From positions 1 to 60,374 of the forward strand of contig JAHFGL010000010.1 in the NCBI GenBank assembly GCA_023247445.1: DNA of 60,374 nucleotides, read 5' to 3'. Each line of letters opens with the position of its first letter. The stretch's first letter is position 1. The translations under genes were made by a program, and so were the position numbers. Under the pieces are notes generated by a model, which saw nothing but the letters and a program-made list of their open reading frames with translations, made no database searches and had not been told where the DNA came from. Shown here one piece after another: positions 38,346 to 48,574 of this stretch. The stretch is from Candidatus Omnitrophota bacterium (lineage in GTDB: Bacteria > Omnitrophota > Gorgyraeia > Zapsychrales > Zapsychraceae).

Positions 38346-39425
38346 TTATAATTTCCTACAAATCGCTTCGGCCATCTGCTGTGTTCCGACGGGCTCACCC
38401 TTATCCCCTTTTTTCTTTAAATCATAGGTTACATATTTGCCTTCTTTAATGACTTTCTTAACGGCTTCTTCCAGTCGATCAGCAGCCTTAATTTCATTAA
38501 TATATCGAAGCATAAGAACCGCTGATAAAATTGTTGCCGTTGGATTGACTTTATTTAATCCAGCATATTTAGGTGCTGAACCATGCACAGGTTCAAATAA
38601 TGCAGCCTTGGCCCCAATATTAGCTCCCGGAGCAATTCCCAACCCCCCCACAAGACCTGCACACAAATCAGAAACAATGTCACCATATAAATTGGGAAGA
38701 ATTAAAACATCATAATATTCTGGGCGCTGGACAAGCTGCATGCAAAGATTATCCACGATACAATCTTCAACTTCAATTTTTCTTTTATATTCTTCAGCAA
38801 CTTCACGAGCGATCTTTAAAAATAATCCATCGGTGAATTTCATGATGTTGGCTTTATGAACAATCGTCGCTTTTTTACGTTTTGTTCTGACGGCGTGATC
38901 TAAAGCATGTTTAACAAGTCGTTTCGTTCCAAAGACTGAAATAGGTTTAATGGAAATTCCAGAATCCGGTCGGATTTGTCTTTTCTGAAGACCATTAATT
39001 GTCTTTATAACTTTTTTGGCATCTTTGCTTCCCTTTTCAAATTCAATCCCAGCATAAAGATCTTCCGTGTTTTCGCGAAAAATCAAAATATCAACATTCT
39101 TAGCAATTGATTTTGTTCCTTCATAATATTTGGCCGGGCGCACACAAGCAAACAAATCAAGAGATTGTCTTAAAAGCACATTAATCGATCGAAACCCTGT
39201 GCCAATCGGTGTTGAAATCGGCCCTTTAATCGCAACTTTAGCTTTTTTAATCGCACCAACCACATGCTCTGGAAGCGGTGTTCCAAATTCCTTAATGGCA
39301 TGTTCTCCGACGGGAAAAGTCTCCCATTTAATATCAAGACCGGTTGCGCTAACGCATGTCTGCATAGCTTTCGTAACTTCTGGACCGATGCCGTCACCGG
39401 GAAGTAGCACAATTTTATGAACCAT
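38346..39425 (-). CDS. Isocitrate/isopropylmalate dehydrogenase family (NAD-IDH-like)
   Basis: GDGIGPEV, RENTEDLY, VHKANIMK.TDGLF, NLYGDIVSD, FEPVHGSAP. Confidence 0.92.
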   Translation of the reverse strand: MVHKIVLLPGDGIGPEVTKAMQTCVSATGLDIKWETFPVGEHAIKEFGTPLPEHVVGAIKKAKVAIKGPISTPIGTGFRSINVLLRQSLDLFACVRPAKYYEGTKSIAKNVDILIFRENTEDLYAGIEFEKGSKDAKKVIKTINGLQKRQIRPDSGISIKPISVFGTKRLVKHALDHAVRTKRKKATIVHKANIMKFTDGLFLKIAREVAEEYKRKIEVEDCIVDNLCMQLVQRPEYYDVLILPNLYGDIVSDLCAGLVGGLGIAPGANIGAKAALFEPVHGSAPKYAGLNKVNPTATILSAVLMLRYINEIKAADRLEEAVKKVIKEGKYVTYDLKKKGDKGEPVGTQQMAEAICRKL

Positions 39426-39466
39426 TCTTTATCTCCTTGATCAAACCAACATATTGGTTGAATTGC

Positions 39467-40573
39467 TTAACCACGAAAACCTTTTTTAGGTTTCGCATTA
39501 TGGACACTTGCGTCGTTTTCGTTGTCTAAGAGTTGCTGGAACTCATCGGCATTACGCACTTGCGAAAATGCATCTTCGTAGGTAATGATTCCTTCTTGAT
39601 ACAACCTCTTTAAAGAAGAATCCATCGTATGCATTCCATACTGCATCCCTGTTTGGATAGCTGTTGGGATTTGTTCAACCGCTTGTTCACGAATAAGATT
39701 ACGAATCGCGGGAGTGGCCACCAAAACCTCACTGACTAAAACGCGACCGCGCCCTTCAGCCCGTGGGAGTAAAGATTGTGCGGCAATTCCCTGAAGACAC
39801 GCCGATAACTGTAACCGCACTTGTTGCTGCTGATGTGAGGGGAAAACATCAATAATTCTTTCAATGGTTTGAGCAGCATCAGGGGTATGAAGCGTCGCTA
39901 AAACTAAATGTCCTGTTTCCGCAGCGGTTAATGCTGTTGAGATTGTTTCTAAATCTCGCATTTCTCCAACGACAATAACATCTGGATCTTGACGCAGACA
40001 TCGTTTAAGCGCCTCAGCAAATGAATGCGTATCACTATAAACTTCTCGTTGTTTAATAACTGCTTTTTTGTTTCGATGAACATACTCAATAGGATCCTCA
40101 ATGCAGGTAATCATACACGCACGCTCTTCATTAATAATATTGATCATCGCCGCGAGCGTCGTGGTCTTTCCAGATCCCGTTGGACCAGTAATTAAAATAA
40201 GGCCATTGGGCTTTCGAGCAAAGCTAACAATCGCCGGTGGAAGGCCAAGTTCAACGATACTAGGCACATACACGGGGATACGTCTAAAGGCCGCTTCAAT
40301 AGATCCTTTTTGAATATGCACATTAACCCGAAAACGATCCATTCCTTCCAAAGCCAAAGAGAAGTCTAGCTCGCGGTCTTTTTCAAATTTCTCCTTTTGA
40401 AAATCCGATAAGATCCCATAAATACCTTTTTTTAATTCTTCGCGAGACACAGGAGCATGATCAATGAGAATTAATTTACCATCAATGCGTAAAATAGGAG
40501 GACTGTTCTCGGTAAGATGAAGGTCGGAAGCTTTATTTTGAATCGCTTGCCTGAGGAGCTCTCTTAAATCCAT
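39467..40573 (-). CDS. pilT: Type IV pilus retraction ATPase
   Basis: ASDLHL, GPTGSGKTTT, EDPIE, LRQDPD, AETGHLV..TLH, AIRNLIRE. Confidence 0.93.
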   Translation of the reverse strand: MDLRELLRQAIQNKASDLHLTENSPPILRIDGKLILIDHAPVSREELKKGIYGILSDFQKEKFEKDRELDFSLALEGMDRFRVNVHIQKGSIEAAFRRIPVYVPSIVELGLPPAIVSFARKPNGLILITGPTGSGKTTTLAAMINIINEERACMITCIEDPIEYVHRNKKAVIKQREVYSDTHSFAEALKRCLRQDPDVIVVGEMRDLETISTALTAAETGHLVLATLHTPDAAQTIERIIDVFPSHQQQQVRLQLSACLQGIAAQSLLPRAEGRGRVLVSEVLVATPAIRNLIREQAVEQIPTAIQTGMQYGMHTMDSSLKRLYQEGIITYEDAFSQVRNADEFQQLLDNENDASVHNAKPKKGFRG

Positions 40574-40600
40574 GATGATCTCCTTTAGAGGATAAAAAAA

Positions 40601-41785
40601 TTAGTGAGGATTATTTTTGCTGATCCATTCGTTTATTCGTCGGATACCTTCTTTGATACGCTCGGCTGAGGTGGCAAAGCTCAAACGAATAAAACCAGGA
40701 GCTCCGAAACTATCTCCCGGAATCATAGCTACTTTCATTTCATTTAAAATAGCCTTGGCAATTTCTTCAGATTTCCCGACTTTCGAAAAATCACAGAATA
40801 AGTAGAACGCACCATCGGGCCTAATATAGCTGACCTCTTTAATCTTGTCAAACTCTGCCATCATTAAGTCGCGACGATTTTTAAACTCTTGTCGCATCTT
40901 TTCTATGCTTTCATTTGTTTCCTTAAGGGCCTGTAACGCCGCCATCTGACTAATTGAAGTTGGATTTGATGTTGTGTGATCTTGAAATTTATTAATATAA
41001 TCAATAATTTCTTGGCTAGCGGCACAATATCCAATGCGCCAACCCGTCATTGAATAAGCCTTCGAGACACCGTTAACGGTAATCGTTAAATCATAAATAT
41101 CTTTTCCCAGCGCAGCAATCGATGTGTATTCATTCGTATCATAAATTAATTTTTCATAAATCTCGTCGCTTAAAACATAAATATTATGTTTAACGCAGAT
41201 CGCCGCAATATCTTCTAATTCTTTTTTTGAATACAACATCCCTGTTGGATTAGATGGGGAATTAAGAATTAATAATTTTGTCTTTGGCGTAATATTTTGA
41301 GCGAGCTGGCTGGCGGTAATTTTAAATTGTGTTTGAGTTGATGTGCGAAGAAGTTTACACGTCGCCCCGGTCATTTTAATCATCTCGGGGTAACTGACCC
41401 AATACGGCGTCGGAAGAAGAACCTCATCTCCCTCATCGGTTAAAACTTGAATGACATTATAAATAGAATGCTTAGCGCCGCAGGAGACGGCAACCTGTGA
41501 GGGTTTATACTCAAGATTGTTATCTTTCTTAAATTTCTGCGCAATGGCTTGTCTTAATTCGGGAGTGCCGAGACTCGGAGTATATTTGGTAAAGCCGCTT
41601 TCAATAGCTGTGATAGCTGCTTTTTTGATGGAATCTGGGGTATCAAAATCTGGTTCGCCAGCAGCAAAATTAACAACGTCGTGCCCTTGAGCTTTGAGCT
41701 CTTTGGCTCTGGCGGTTATGGCGAGGGTCGAAGAACCTAATAAATTTTTAACTCGACTGTTAATTTTGAGGGTCAATGTCTCCAT
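40601..41785 (-). CDS. PLP-dependent aminotransferase class I (aspartate aminotransferase-like)
   Basis: GEPDFDTP, NSPSNPTG, SDEIY, SKAYSMTGWRIG. Confidence 0.93.
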   Translation of the reverse strand: METLTLKINSRVKNLLGSSTLAITARAKELKAQGHDVVNFAAGEPDFDTPDSIKKAAITAIESGFTKYTPSLGTPELRQAIAQKFKKDNNLEYKPSQVAVSCGAKHSIYNVIQVLTDEGDEVLLPTPYWVSYPEMIKMTGATCKLLRTSTQTQFKITASQLAQNITPKTKLLILNSPSNPTGMLYSKKELEDIAAICVKHNIYVLSDEIYEKLIYDTNEYTSIAALGKDIYDLTITVNGVSKAYSMTGWRIGYCAASQEIIDYINKFQDHTTSNPTSISQMAALQALKETNESIEKMRQEFKNRRDLMMAEFDKIKEVSYIRPDGAFYLFCDFSKVGKSEEIAKAILNEMKVAMIPGDSFGAPGFIRLSFATSAERIKEGIRRINEWISKNNPH

Positions 41786-41791
41786 ACCCTA

Positions 41792-42394
41792 TTATTGGCC
41801 GGGCGCTTTTCTGTTAAACATTTTTCTTATCCCACCAACAAACTTTTTTCCTGCTTTAGTCTTATCTTCGTGGGTAACTGAATCCTTGGCTTCGCTTTTT
41901 ACAGCGTCTTTGGTTGAGGCATGCTCTTTCGGAGATTCCTTAACCTCTGACTTTTTTTCTTCTTTTGCAGCTGGTTTTGCCTGCACATCGATTGTTTTAG
42001 ACTTCGATTGGGCCTTTGGTTTATTAACAATAATTTCTTTTTTCTCCGTTAACTCTAAGAAAACTAATTTTGCATTATCTCCGCGACGATTAGCAAGGTT
42101 AATGATACGTGTATATCCCCCAATACGATTTTTGAAACGTGGGGCTGTGTCATTAAATAGCTCACTAACCAATTGATGATCGCATAAAATCGCAAAAGCA
42201 CGTCTCTTATCAGCAAGCTCCCCTCGTTTTCCTAAGGTAATGAGTTGCTCAACTAACTTTCTAGCTTCTTTCGCTTTGGCTTTAGTTGTGCATATCCGCT
42301 GAGCGATCAACGTTGCTTTCGCAAGATCACGAACAGTAGCTTTTCTTAACGTAGAATTTCGGCTTAACCGATTGCCTGCAATACCATGTCGCAT
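41792..42394 (-). CDS. rplQ: 50S ribosomal protein L17 (with C-terminal extension)
   Basis: MRHG, TTKAKAKE, GGYTRI, RRGD. Confidence 0.97.
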   Translation of the reverse strand: MRHGIAGNRLSRNSTLRKATVRDLAKATLIAQRICTTKAKAKEARKLVEQLITLGKRGELADKRRAFAILCDHQLVSELFNDTAPRFKNRIGGYTRIINLANRRGDNAKLVFLELTEKKEIIVNKPKAQSKSKTIDVQAKPAAKEEKKSEVKESPKEHASTKDAVKSEAKDSVTHEDKTKAGKKFVGGIRKMFNRKAPGQ

Positions 42395-42395
42395 A

Positions 42396-43394
42396 TTAGT
42401 CCTTCTTTGGTGATTGTCTTAACTTCTTTGGATCAACTTTCATTCCTAATTGTAATCCCATAACTTTCAAAAGATCGCCAATTTCAGATAATGATTTTTT
42501 TCCAAAATTACGAAAAGACAATAATTCTGATTCTTGTTTTCTGACTAAGTCAGAGATTGTTTTAATATTTGCATCCTTTAAGCAATTAGCGCTACGAACC
42601 GAAAGTTCCAATTCGGAAATTGGTAACCTAAGTTTTTCATAGAGCGCTTGCTCTTCAGCAGAAATTTCTTCTTCTTCTTCCTCTTCTTCTGGAAGTTGAC
42701 CGTAGCTAACAAAAACATCTAGATGTCGTTGTAAGATATTAGAACCATAGAGCATGGCTTCTTTTGGATTAATGGCCCCATTGGTCCAAATTTCAAAAAT
42801 AAGACGGTCATAATCAGTTCGCTGACCTACACGAGTATTTTCAACGCCAAAATTGACCTTAACAATCGGCGTAAAAATAGAATCGATAGCGATTGTACCA
42901 AGAGCTGCTTCTTTTTTATTAAACTCAGCTGGCACATACCCTCGCCCACGAGAAACTTCCATTTCAATATAAAAATGGGCATCGCGGGTTAATGTTGCAA
43001 TATGAAGATTGGGATTTAACACCTCAACCGTTTCATCAGAAATAATATCTTTCGCTTTAATCTCACCTTTTTTCTCCGCCTTAATGTAAATGGCTTTGGC
43101 AACTTTTGAATGAGATCTTAAAACGACTTTTTTAATATTTAAAATAATTTCTGAAACAGATTCAAGCACACCAGGAATTGTTGAAAATTCATGTTGCACC
43201 CCATCAATCTTAATGGATGTAATAGAGCTTCCTTCAATTGACGATAGAAGGATGCGACGTAAAGAGTTCCCTAATGTGACTCCATAACCTCTCTCAAATG
43301 GTTCGGCAACAAATTTACCGTAAACATCTGTATAAGTTGTTTCATCACAATCCAGCCTTTTAGGCATCTGAAAATCTCGCCATTTAACTCCCAT
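42396..43394 (-). CDS. rpoA: RNA polymerase alpha subunit
   Basis: EPFERGYGVTLGNSLRR, LSVRS.NCL, NFGKKS. Confidence 0.99.
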   Translation of the reverse strand: MGVKWRDFQMPKRLDCDETTYTDVYGKFVAEPFERGYGVTLGNSLRRILLSSIEGSSITSIKIDGVQHEFSTIPGVLESVSEIILNIKKVVLRSHSKVAKAIYIKAEKKGEIKAKDIISDETVEVLNPNLHIATLTRDAHFYIEMEVSRGRGYVPAEFNKKEAALGTIAIDSIFTPIVKVNFGVENTRVGQRTDYDRLIFEIWTNGAINPKEAMLYGSNILQRHLDVFVSYGQLPEEEEEEEEISAEEQALYEKLRLPISELELSVRSANCLKDANIKTISDLVRKQESELLSFRNFGKKSLSEIGDLLKVMGLQLGMKVDPKKLRQSPKKD

Positions 43395-43453
43395 GCTTTC
43401 CTCCTAAATTATATATTGATGGATCTAATTGAAACTAACTGTATCAAAACGTA

Positions 43454-44083
43454 TTACATTGAATAAAGCTCAACGATGAGCTGTTCATTAACTGGGTATC
43501 CAATATCTTCCCGAGAAGGTAATCGATTAACCTTAGCTTTAAAATGTGGGGCATCAACGGTTAACCAAGCTGGAGCTGTTCGATTTTTTGATCCTTCAAT
43601 ATTATCAGAAACAGCCTTTTCACCCTTTTTCTTAAAACGGATACTAATCTCGTCATTTTCTTTAATCTGACAAGATGGAATATTAACAACATGATCATTA
43701 AGATAAACATATCCGTGACCAACGATTTGACGAGCTTCACGACGTGAAGTCGCAAATCCACATTGATAGATAACATTATCTAAACGTCTTTCCAAGAATT
43801 GTAACAAGACATGACCTGTAACGCCCTTGCTGCTGGCCGCTTTATTAAAATAATTTCTAAATTGTTTTTCATAAAGGCCATAGATTCTTTTGACCTTTTG
43901 TTTTTCACGCAATTGCAAACCAAAGTTAGATAACTTCATACGTTTATTCTGGCCATGTTGACCAGGAGCATAAGCTCTTCGTTCGATAGCACAGCGATGG
44001 GTATAACAGCGTTCTCCTTTTAAAAAGAGTTTTTCGCCCTCCCTTCGACATAATCGACAAACTGAACCAACATATCTTCCCAT
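43454..44083 (-). CDS. rpsD: 30S ribosomal protein S4
   Basis: CRLCRREG, PGQHG, LERRLDNV, VELYS. Confidence 0.99.
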   Translation of the reverse strand: MGRYVGSVCRLCRREGEKLFLKGERCYTHRCAIERRAYAPGQHGQNKRMKLSNFGLQLREKQKVKRIYGLYEKQFRNYFNKAASSKGVTGHVLLQFLERRLDNVIYQCGFATSRREARQIVGHGYVYLNDHVVNIPSCQIKENDEISIRFKKKGEKAVSDNIEGSKNRTAPAWLTVDAPHFKAKVNRLPSREDIGYPVNEQLIVELYSM

Positions 44084-44138
44084 AAATCCCTTCCTCGTTA
44101 TTGTTCTTCGCTAATACTTTTTTATTTAGCGAAGGAGA

Positions 44139-44558
44139 CTATACTCTTCGTTTTTTGCGTGACCGGCAACCATTATGTGGCAGCGGCGTAATGTCTTTAA
44201 TCGTTGTAATCAAAAGTCCGGCCGCTTGTAATGCTCGGATAGCGGATTCTCGACCTGAACCAGGACCATTGACATAAACCTCAACCGTTTTTAAACCTAG
44301 ATCTTTTGCTCTTTTGGCCGCATCTGTTCCGGCAACCTGAGCCGCAAAAGGAGTTGATTTTTTTGACCCACTAAAACCAACAACCCCTGGGGTCGACCAA
44401 ACCAAAACATTGCCTTGCAAATCCGTAATCGTGACGGCTGTATTATTAAAACTCGCCTTGATATAAACAGCACCGGCGGTTATGCCTTTAAGCGCTTTTT
44501 TCTTTGCTTTATCTTTTTTTGGTTGTGCTGTTGCTGATGTTTCTTGAGGCTTTGCCAT
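44139..44558 (-). CDS. rpsK: 30S ribosomal protein S11
   Basis: [19 protein letters not shown]. Confidence 0.99.
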   Translation of the reverse strand: MAKPQETSATAQPKKDKAKKKALKGITAGAVYIKASFNNTAVTITDLQGNVLVWSTPGVVGFSGSKKSTPFAAQVAGTDAAKRAKDLGLKTVEVYVNGPGSGRESAIRALQAAGLLITTIKDITPLPHNGCRSRKKRRV

Positions 44559-44561
44559 AAA

Positions 44562-44957
44562 TTATCCTTTTGCTTGCTTTGCTGGTTCAACCTTCATCTT
44601 AGCCGCGACGATTGGTTTTTTACCTTTTCGTGTACGAGCATTTGTACGTGTTCGTTGGCCGCGCGCTGGAAGACCTTTACGATGACGAGTCCCACGGTAA
44701 GAACCAATATCAATTAAACGTTTAATGTTTTGACCTACTTCGCGCCTTAAATCACCTTCAATAATATATTTATTTTGAATAAGCGTCGTGATCTTAGCAA
44801 TTTCCTCATCTGACAAATCTTTTGCACGACGATTTACATCAATCTTAACTTCATCTAAAACTTTACGGGCGGTGGTTGGTCCAATACCATAAAGAAAAGG
44901 CAAAGCCGCTTCAATACGTTTCTCTTTTGGAATATCAACACCTAAAATTCTTGGCAT
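44562..44957 (-). CDS. rpsM: 30S ribosomal protein S13
   Basis: RGQRTRTNARTRKG. Confidence 0.99.
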   Translation of the reverse strand: MPRILGVDIPKEKRIEAALPFLYGIGPTTARKVLDEVKIDVNRRAKDLSDEEIAKITTLIQNKYIIEGDLRREVGQNIKRLIDIGSYRGTRHRKGLPARGQRTRTNARTRKGKKPIVAAKMKVEPAKQAKG

Positions 44958-44962
44958 ATATT

Positions 44963-45076
44963 TTACCCTTGTCTTTGTTTATGTTTTGGATTGGAGCAAA
45001 TAACGCGCACGACACCTTCTCGTCGCACAATTTTGCAATGACTACAAATACGTTTTACAGATGATTTAACTTTCAT
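44963..45076 (-). CDS. rpmJ: 50S ribosomal protein L36 (zinc-binding type), not in ORF track
   Basis: [37 protein letters not shown]. Confidence 0.98.
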   Translation of the reverse strand: MKVKSSVKRICSHCKIVRREGVVRVICSNPKHKQRQG

Positions 45077-45097
45077 TTCTTTAAACTCTCTTTTATT

Positions 45098-45316
45098 TTA
45101 TTTGCATCTAAATGTTATTCTCCCCTTAGATAAATCATAAGGAGAAAGCTCAACTTTAACACGATCCCCAGGTAAAATACGAATAAAATTCATCCGAATC
45201 TTTCCTGAAAGGTGACCTAATACAAGATGCCCATTATCTAATTCAATACGAAATTTCGCGTTGGGCAATGCTTCTCTAATAACTCCTTCAACTTCAATTA
45301 AATCTTCTTTTGCCAT
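45098..45316 (-). CDS. infA: Translation initiation factor IF-1
   Basis: MAKED.IE.EG, LPNA.F, SPYDL. Confidence 0.99.
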   Translation of the reverse strand: MAKEDLIEVEGVIREALPNAKFRIELDNGHLVLGHLSGKIRMNFIRILPGDRVKVELSPYDLSKGRITFRCK

Positions 45317-45326
45317 AAACTATTTT

Positions 45327-46085
45327 TTAAGCTGTTAGAATTTCTGGTTCCTTCTTTGTAATGGCTATCGTATGTTCAAAGTGCGCTGAAGGTAAACCAT
45401 CTTGGGTGACAACCGTCCAGCCATCGCTTAAAATTTTTGTCGGCCAGGTCCCTAAATTTACCATCGGTTCAATCGCTAGTACCATACCTTCTTTTAGGAT
45501 TGGTCCTTGGTGTGGAGGTCCATAATTTGGTATTTCGGGGTCCTCATGTAATCGTCGACCAATTCCATGCCCAACGAAATCACGCACAACCGAAAACCCA
45601 TGCGCCTCAACATACACCTGAACAGCATGAGAGATATCCGATAAATGGTTATTGGCCCGTGCCTGTTCGATACCTTTATAAAGAGCTTCCGATGTTACAT
45701 CCAGCAGCTTCTGCAATTCTGGTTTAATCGGTCCAATCCCAACGGTTACCGCTGTATCCGAAAAATAATTTTTATGAATAATCCCAACATCTAAACTAAC
45801 AATATCACCGTCTTTGATCACCCGTGCATTCGGAATGCCATGAACAACTTCTTCGTTCATCGAGATACATACAGATGCAGGAAATCCACGATAACCCTTA
45901 AATGCTGGGACAACTTTTTTATCGCGTATCAGACTTTCAGCTAAACTATCAATGGCTTTGGTCGTTAATCCTGGTTTTAAAGAGCGTTTTAATTCTTTGA
46001 TTATTCCTGCTAAAATCTTGCCTGCTTCACGAAGAACTTCAAGTTCCTCAGAAGACTTAATGGTTATGAGATTTTCCGTTTTCAT
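45327..46085 (-). CDS. map: Methionine aminopeptidase type I
   Basis: VVHGIP, GHGIG..LHEDP, AIEPM, SAHFEHT. Confidence 0.97.
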   Translation of the reverse strand: MKTENLITIKSSEELEVLREAGKILAGIIKELKRSLKPGLTTKAIDSLAESLIRDKKVVPAFKGYRGFPASVCISMNEEVVHGIPNARVIKDGDIVSLDVGIIHKNYFSDTAVTVGIGPIKPELQKLLDVTSEALYKGIEQARANNHLSDISHAVQVYVEAHGFSVVRDFVGHGIGRRLHEDPEIPNYGPPHQGPILKEGMVLAIEPMVNLGTWPTKILSDGWTVVTQDGLPSAHFEHTIAITKKEPEILTA

Positions 46086-46725
46086 TAAAAGTCTTCATTA
46101 ATATCGTCTGAACATCCTCGGATTCCTCATCTGAATCAACCGTCACGAGGATTCCTTGCTTCTTATAATATTCAATAATCGGCTTAGTATTCGTCAAATA
46201 TTCTTTCATCCGCGTTTCAATGGTTGTCTTATTATCATCGGGCCGTTGATACAGTTCGCCTTGACAAAGATCGCAAACCCCTTCTTTTTTTGGCGGCCGA
46301 TTTTTAATATGAAAAACGGCTCCACATTTTCGACAAATGCGACGTCCACCTAAACGCTGAATAATAACCGGCAACGTTGAATCTAAATAAATAGCATAAT
46401 TAAGCAGCTTCTTTTCTTCTTTTAGAATCTTATCTAAATCCTGTGCTTGCTGTTCGGTGCGAGGATAGCCGTCAAGCATATAGCCTTTAGAAATCCGATC
46501 ATCCTTTGCGAATTTATTTTTAATCAGGCGCGTGACAAGTTCATCTGGAACTAATTTCCCATTATCAATATACTTTTTAGCTTCCTGTCCAAGCGTAGTA
46601 TTATTTTTAATCTCTTCACGTAAAATATCACCGGTTGAGATATGCAAAATATTCAAAGAGCTTTTCAATAAATTCGCGAGGGTTCCTTTTCCGGCTCCCG
46701 GTGGTCCTAAAAGAACCAACTTCAT
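46057..46725 (-). CDS. adk: Adenylate kinase
   Basis: GPPGAGKGT, LDGYPR, zinc lid. Confidence 0.98.
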   Translation of the reverse strand: MKLVLLGPPGAGKGTLANLLKSSLNILHISTGDILREEIKNNTTLGQEAKKYIDNGKLVPDELVTRLIKNKFAKDDRISKGYMLDGYPRTEQQAQDLDKILKEEKKLLNYAIYLDSTLPVIIQRLGGRRICRKCGAVFHIKNRPPKKEGVCDLCQGELYQRPDDNKTTIETRMKEYLTNTKPIIEYYKKQGILVTVDSDEESEDVQTILMKTFNENGKSHNH

Positions 46726-48074
46726 CGTCGTCCTCGTAACTGTCCGGTTTTCATGAATCCGTCATAATGACGTGTCAATAAATGTGACTCAATCTGCTTC
46801 ATGGTATCAAGCATAACGCCAACCATAATCAAAACCCCGGTCCCACCAAAGAATGATGCCACTAAATAGGGAACTTTAAAAGACGACATAATCGCATCCG
46901 GCATAATTGCAATCGCACAAACAAATAACGCCCCAGCTAATGTAACACGTGTCATGACAAAATCTAAATAATCGGAAGTCTGTCCCCCTGGACGTACCCC
47001 TGGAATAAAACCGCCGTGTTTTTTCATATTCTCGGCAACATCAACAGGATTAAAAACAATCGCCGTATAAAAATAACAAAAGAAAACAATGAGCAATCCA
47101 TAAATTGAATAATATAAAATATGTCCACGCTGAATGTAAGCAGCAAAAGAATGAAAAGCCTGACTTGGGATAAAACTTGCTAAAGTTGCTGGAAAAAGAA
47201 TAATCGATTGCGCAAAGATAATTGCGATGACGCCAGCCGTATCAACCTTTAAAGGGATATAAGTGCTTTGTCCACCATAAACTTTTCGTCCAACAATCCG
47301 TCGTGCATATTGAACAGGAATTTTTCTCTGGGCCTGTGTAATCAAGGTAATCGAAATGATAACCCCGATTAAAAATGCAATCATGATTAAAAGAGTTAAA
47401 GGCTGCAGCTGACTCCCACCGCTCCCATTAGGTGATAATAAAAGTATCAACGTGTGAATCGCTGACGGCAGAGCTGAAATAATCCCCGCGGTAATAATAA
47501 GAGAAATACCATTACCAATACCACGTTCCTGAATCTGCTCGCCTAACCACATCAGAAGTAACGTACCGCTGGTGAGCGTAACAACCGTGGTAAAACGGAA
47601 CCCCCACCCCGGATCATTCACAATTTGTAATCCTGCAAACTGCGTTGGACTTTCAAGCCAAAGAGCAATAAAAAATGATTGAATAGCCGCTAAAATAAAC
47701 GTGCCATAACGTGTATATTGATTAATTTTGTGATACCCAGCTTGTCCTTCTTTTGCGATTTTTTCAAGTGCTGGAATAACGGCGGTTAACAACTGCATGA
47801 TAATAGAACTTGAGATATACGGCATAATCCCTAATGAGAAAACCGTTAATTTCTCAAGCGAACCGCCTGAAAACATATTCATGATACCAAAAATACTACC
47901 GTTGGCCGTTGAATCGATCCGTCTAAAAAATTCCGCCAACATCGAACCATTAACGCCCGGCGTTGGGATATAGCATCCGATGCGATAGACAACAATAATC
48001 AGTAAGGTAAAAAGAATTTTATTCTTTAATTCAGGTATCTTGAAACAATTTGCATATGTCGATAAAATGGGCAT
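46722..48074 (-). CDS. secY: Preprotein translocase SecY
   Basis: LGIMPYISSSII.QLL, GIGNGISL, IPGVRPG. Confidence 0.99.
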   Translation of the reverse strand: MPILSTYANCFKIPELKNKILFTLLIIVVYRIGCYIPTPGVNGSMLAEFFRRIDSTANGSIFGIMNMFSGGSLEKLTVFSLGIMPYISSSIIMQLLTAVIPALEKIAKEGQAGYHKINQYTRYGTFILAAIQSFFIALWLESPTQFAGLQIVNDPGWGFRFTTVVTLTSGTLLLMWLGEQIQERGIGNGISLIITAGIISALPSAIHTLILLLSPNGSGGSQLQPLTLLIMIAFLIGVIISITLITQAQRKIPVQYARRIVGRKVYGGQSTYIPLKVDTAGVIAIIFAQSIILFPATLASFIPSQAFHSFAAYIQRGHILYYSIYGLLIVFFCYFYTAIVFNPVDVAENMKKHGGFIPGVRPGGQTSDYLDFVMTRVTLAGALFVCAIAIMPDAIMSSFKVPYLVASFFGGTGVLIMVGVMLDTMKQIESHLLTRHYDGFMKTGQLRGRR

Positions 48075-48077
48075 GCT

Positions 48078-48560
48078 TTATTTCTTAGCGATTGATTCTT
48101 TTTTTGTTAAAGAGCTACTCTCTACGCTTTCAACCTTTCCACCAGCTTTTGCGATCTTCTCCTGCGCTGCCTTGGAAACACGTCCACCCTGAATCGTTAA
48201 CGATTTCTTTAAATCCCCTGTACCCAAAATCTTAAATGGTCTGTTAAGACTTCTAATTAAACCCTTAGATTTTAAAAATTCAGCCGTAATAACTGTTCCA
48301 TTGCTAAATTTATTTAGTGTTTCAACATTGATCACTTGCATATCAAGTGGATTACGATTACGAAAACCAAATTTTGGAAGACGTCGAATCAGTGGAACTT
48401 GACCACCTTCAAGTCCTAAGATAATTCCACGACCAGCGCGTGACCTTTGTCCTTTGTGACCACGAGTTGATGTTTTTCCATGACCAGAACCACGGCCACG
48501 GCCGACTATCTTTCTTCGTTGATTTGATCCTTTTGGAGCTTTTAAATCGTGTAAAAACAT
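48078..48560 (-). CDS. rplO: 50S ribosomal protein L15
   Basis: GRG.GSG.GKT..RGHKGQ, EGGQ.PL.RRLPK. Confidence 0.98.
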   Translation of the reverse strand: MFLHDLKAPKGSNQRRKIVGRGRGSGHGKTSTRGHKGQRSRAGRGIILGLEGGQVPLIRRLPKFGFRNRNPLDMQVINVETLNKFSNGTVITAEFLKSKGLIRSLNRPFKILGTGDLKKSLTIQGGRVSKAAQEKIAKAGGKVESVESSSLTKKESIAKK

Positions 48561-48574
48561 GAAAAATCCTATCG

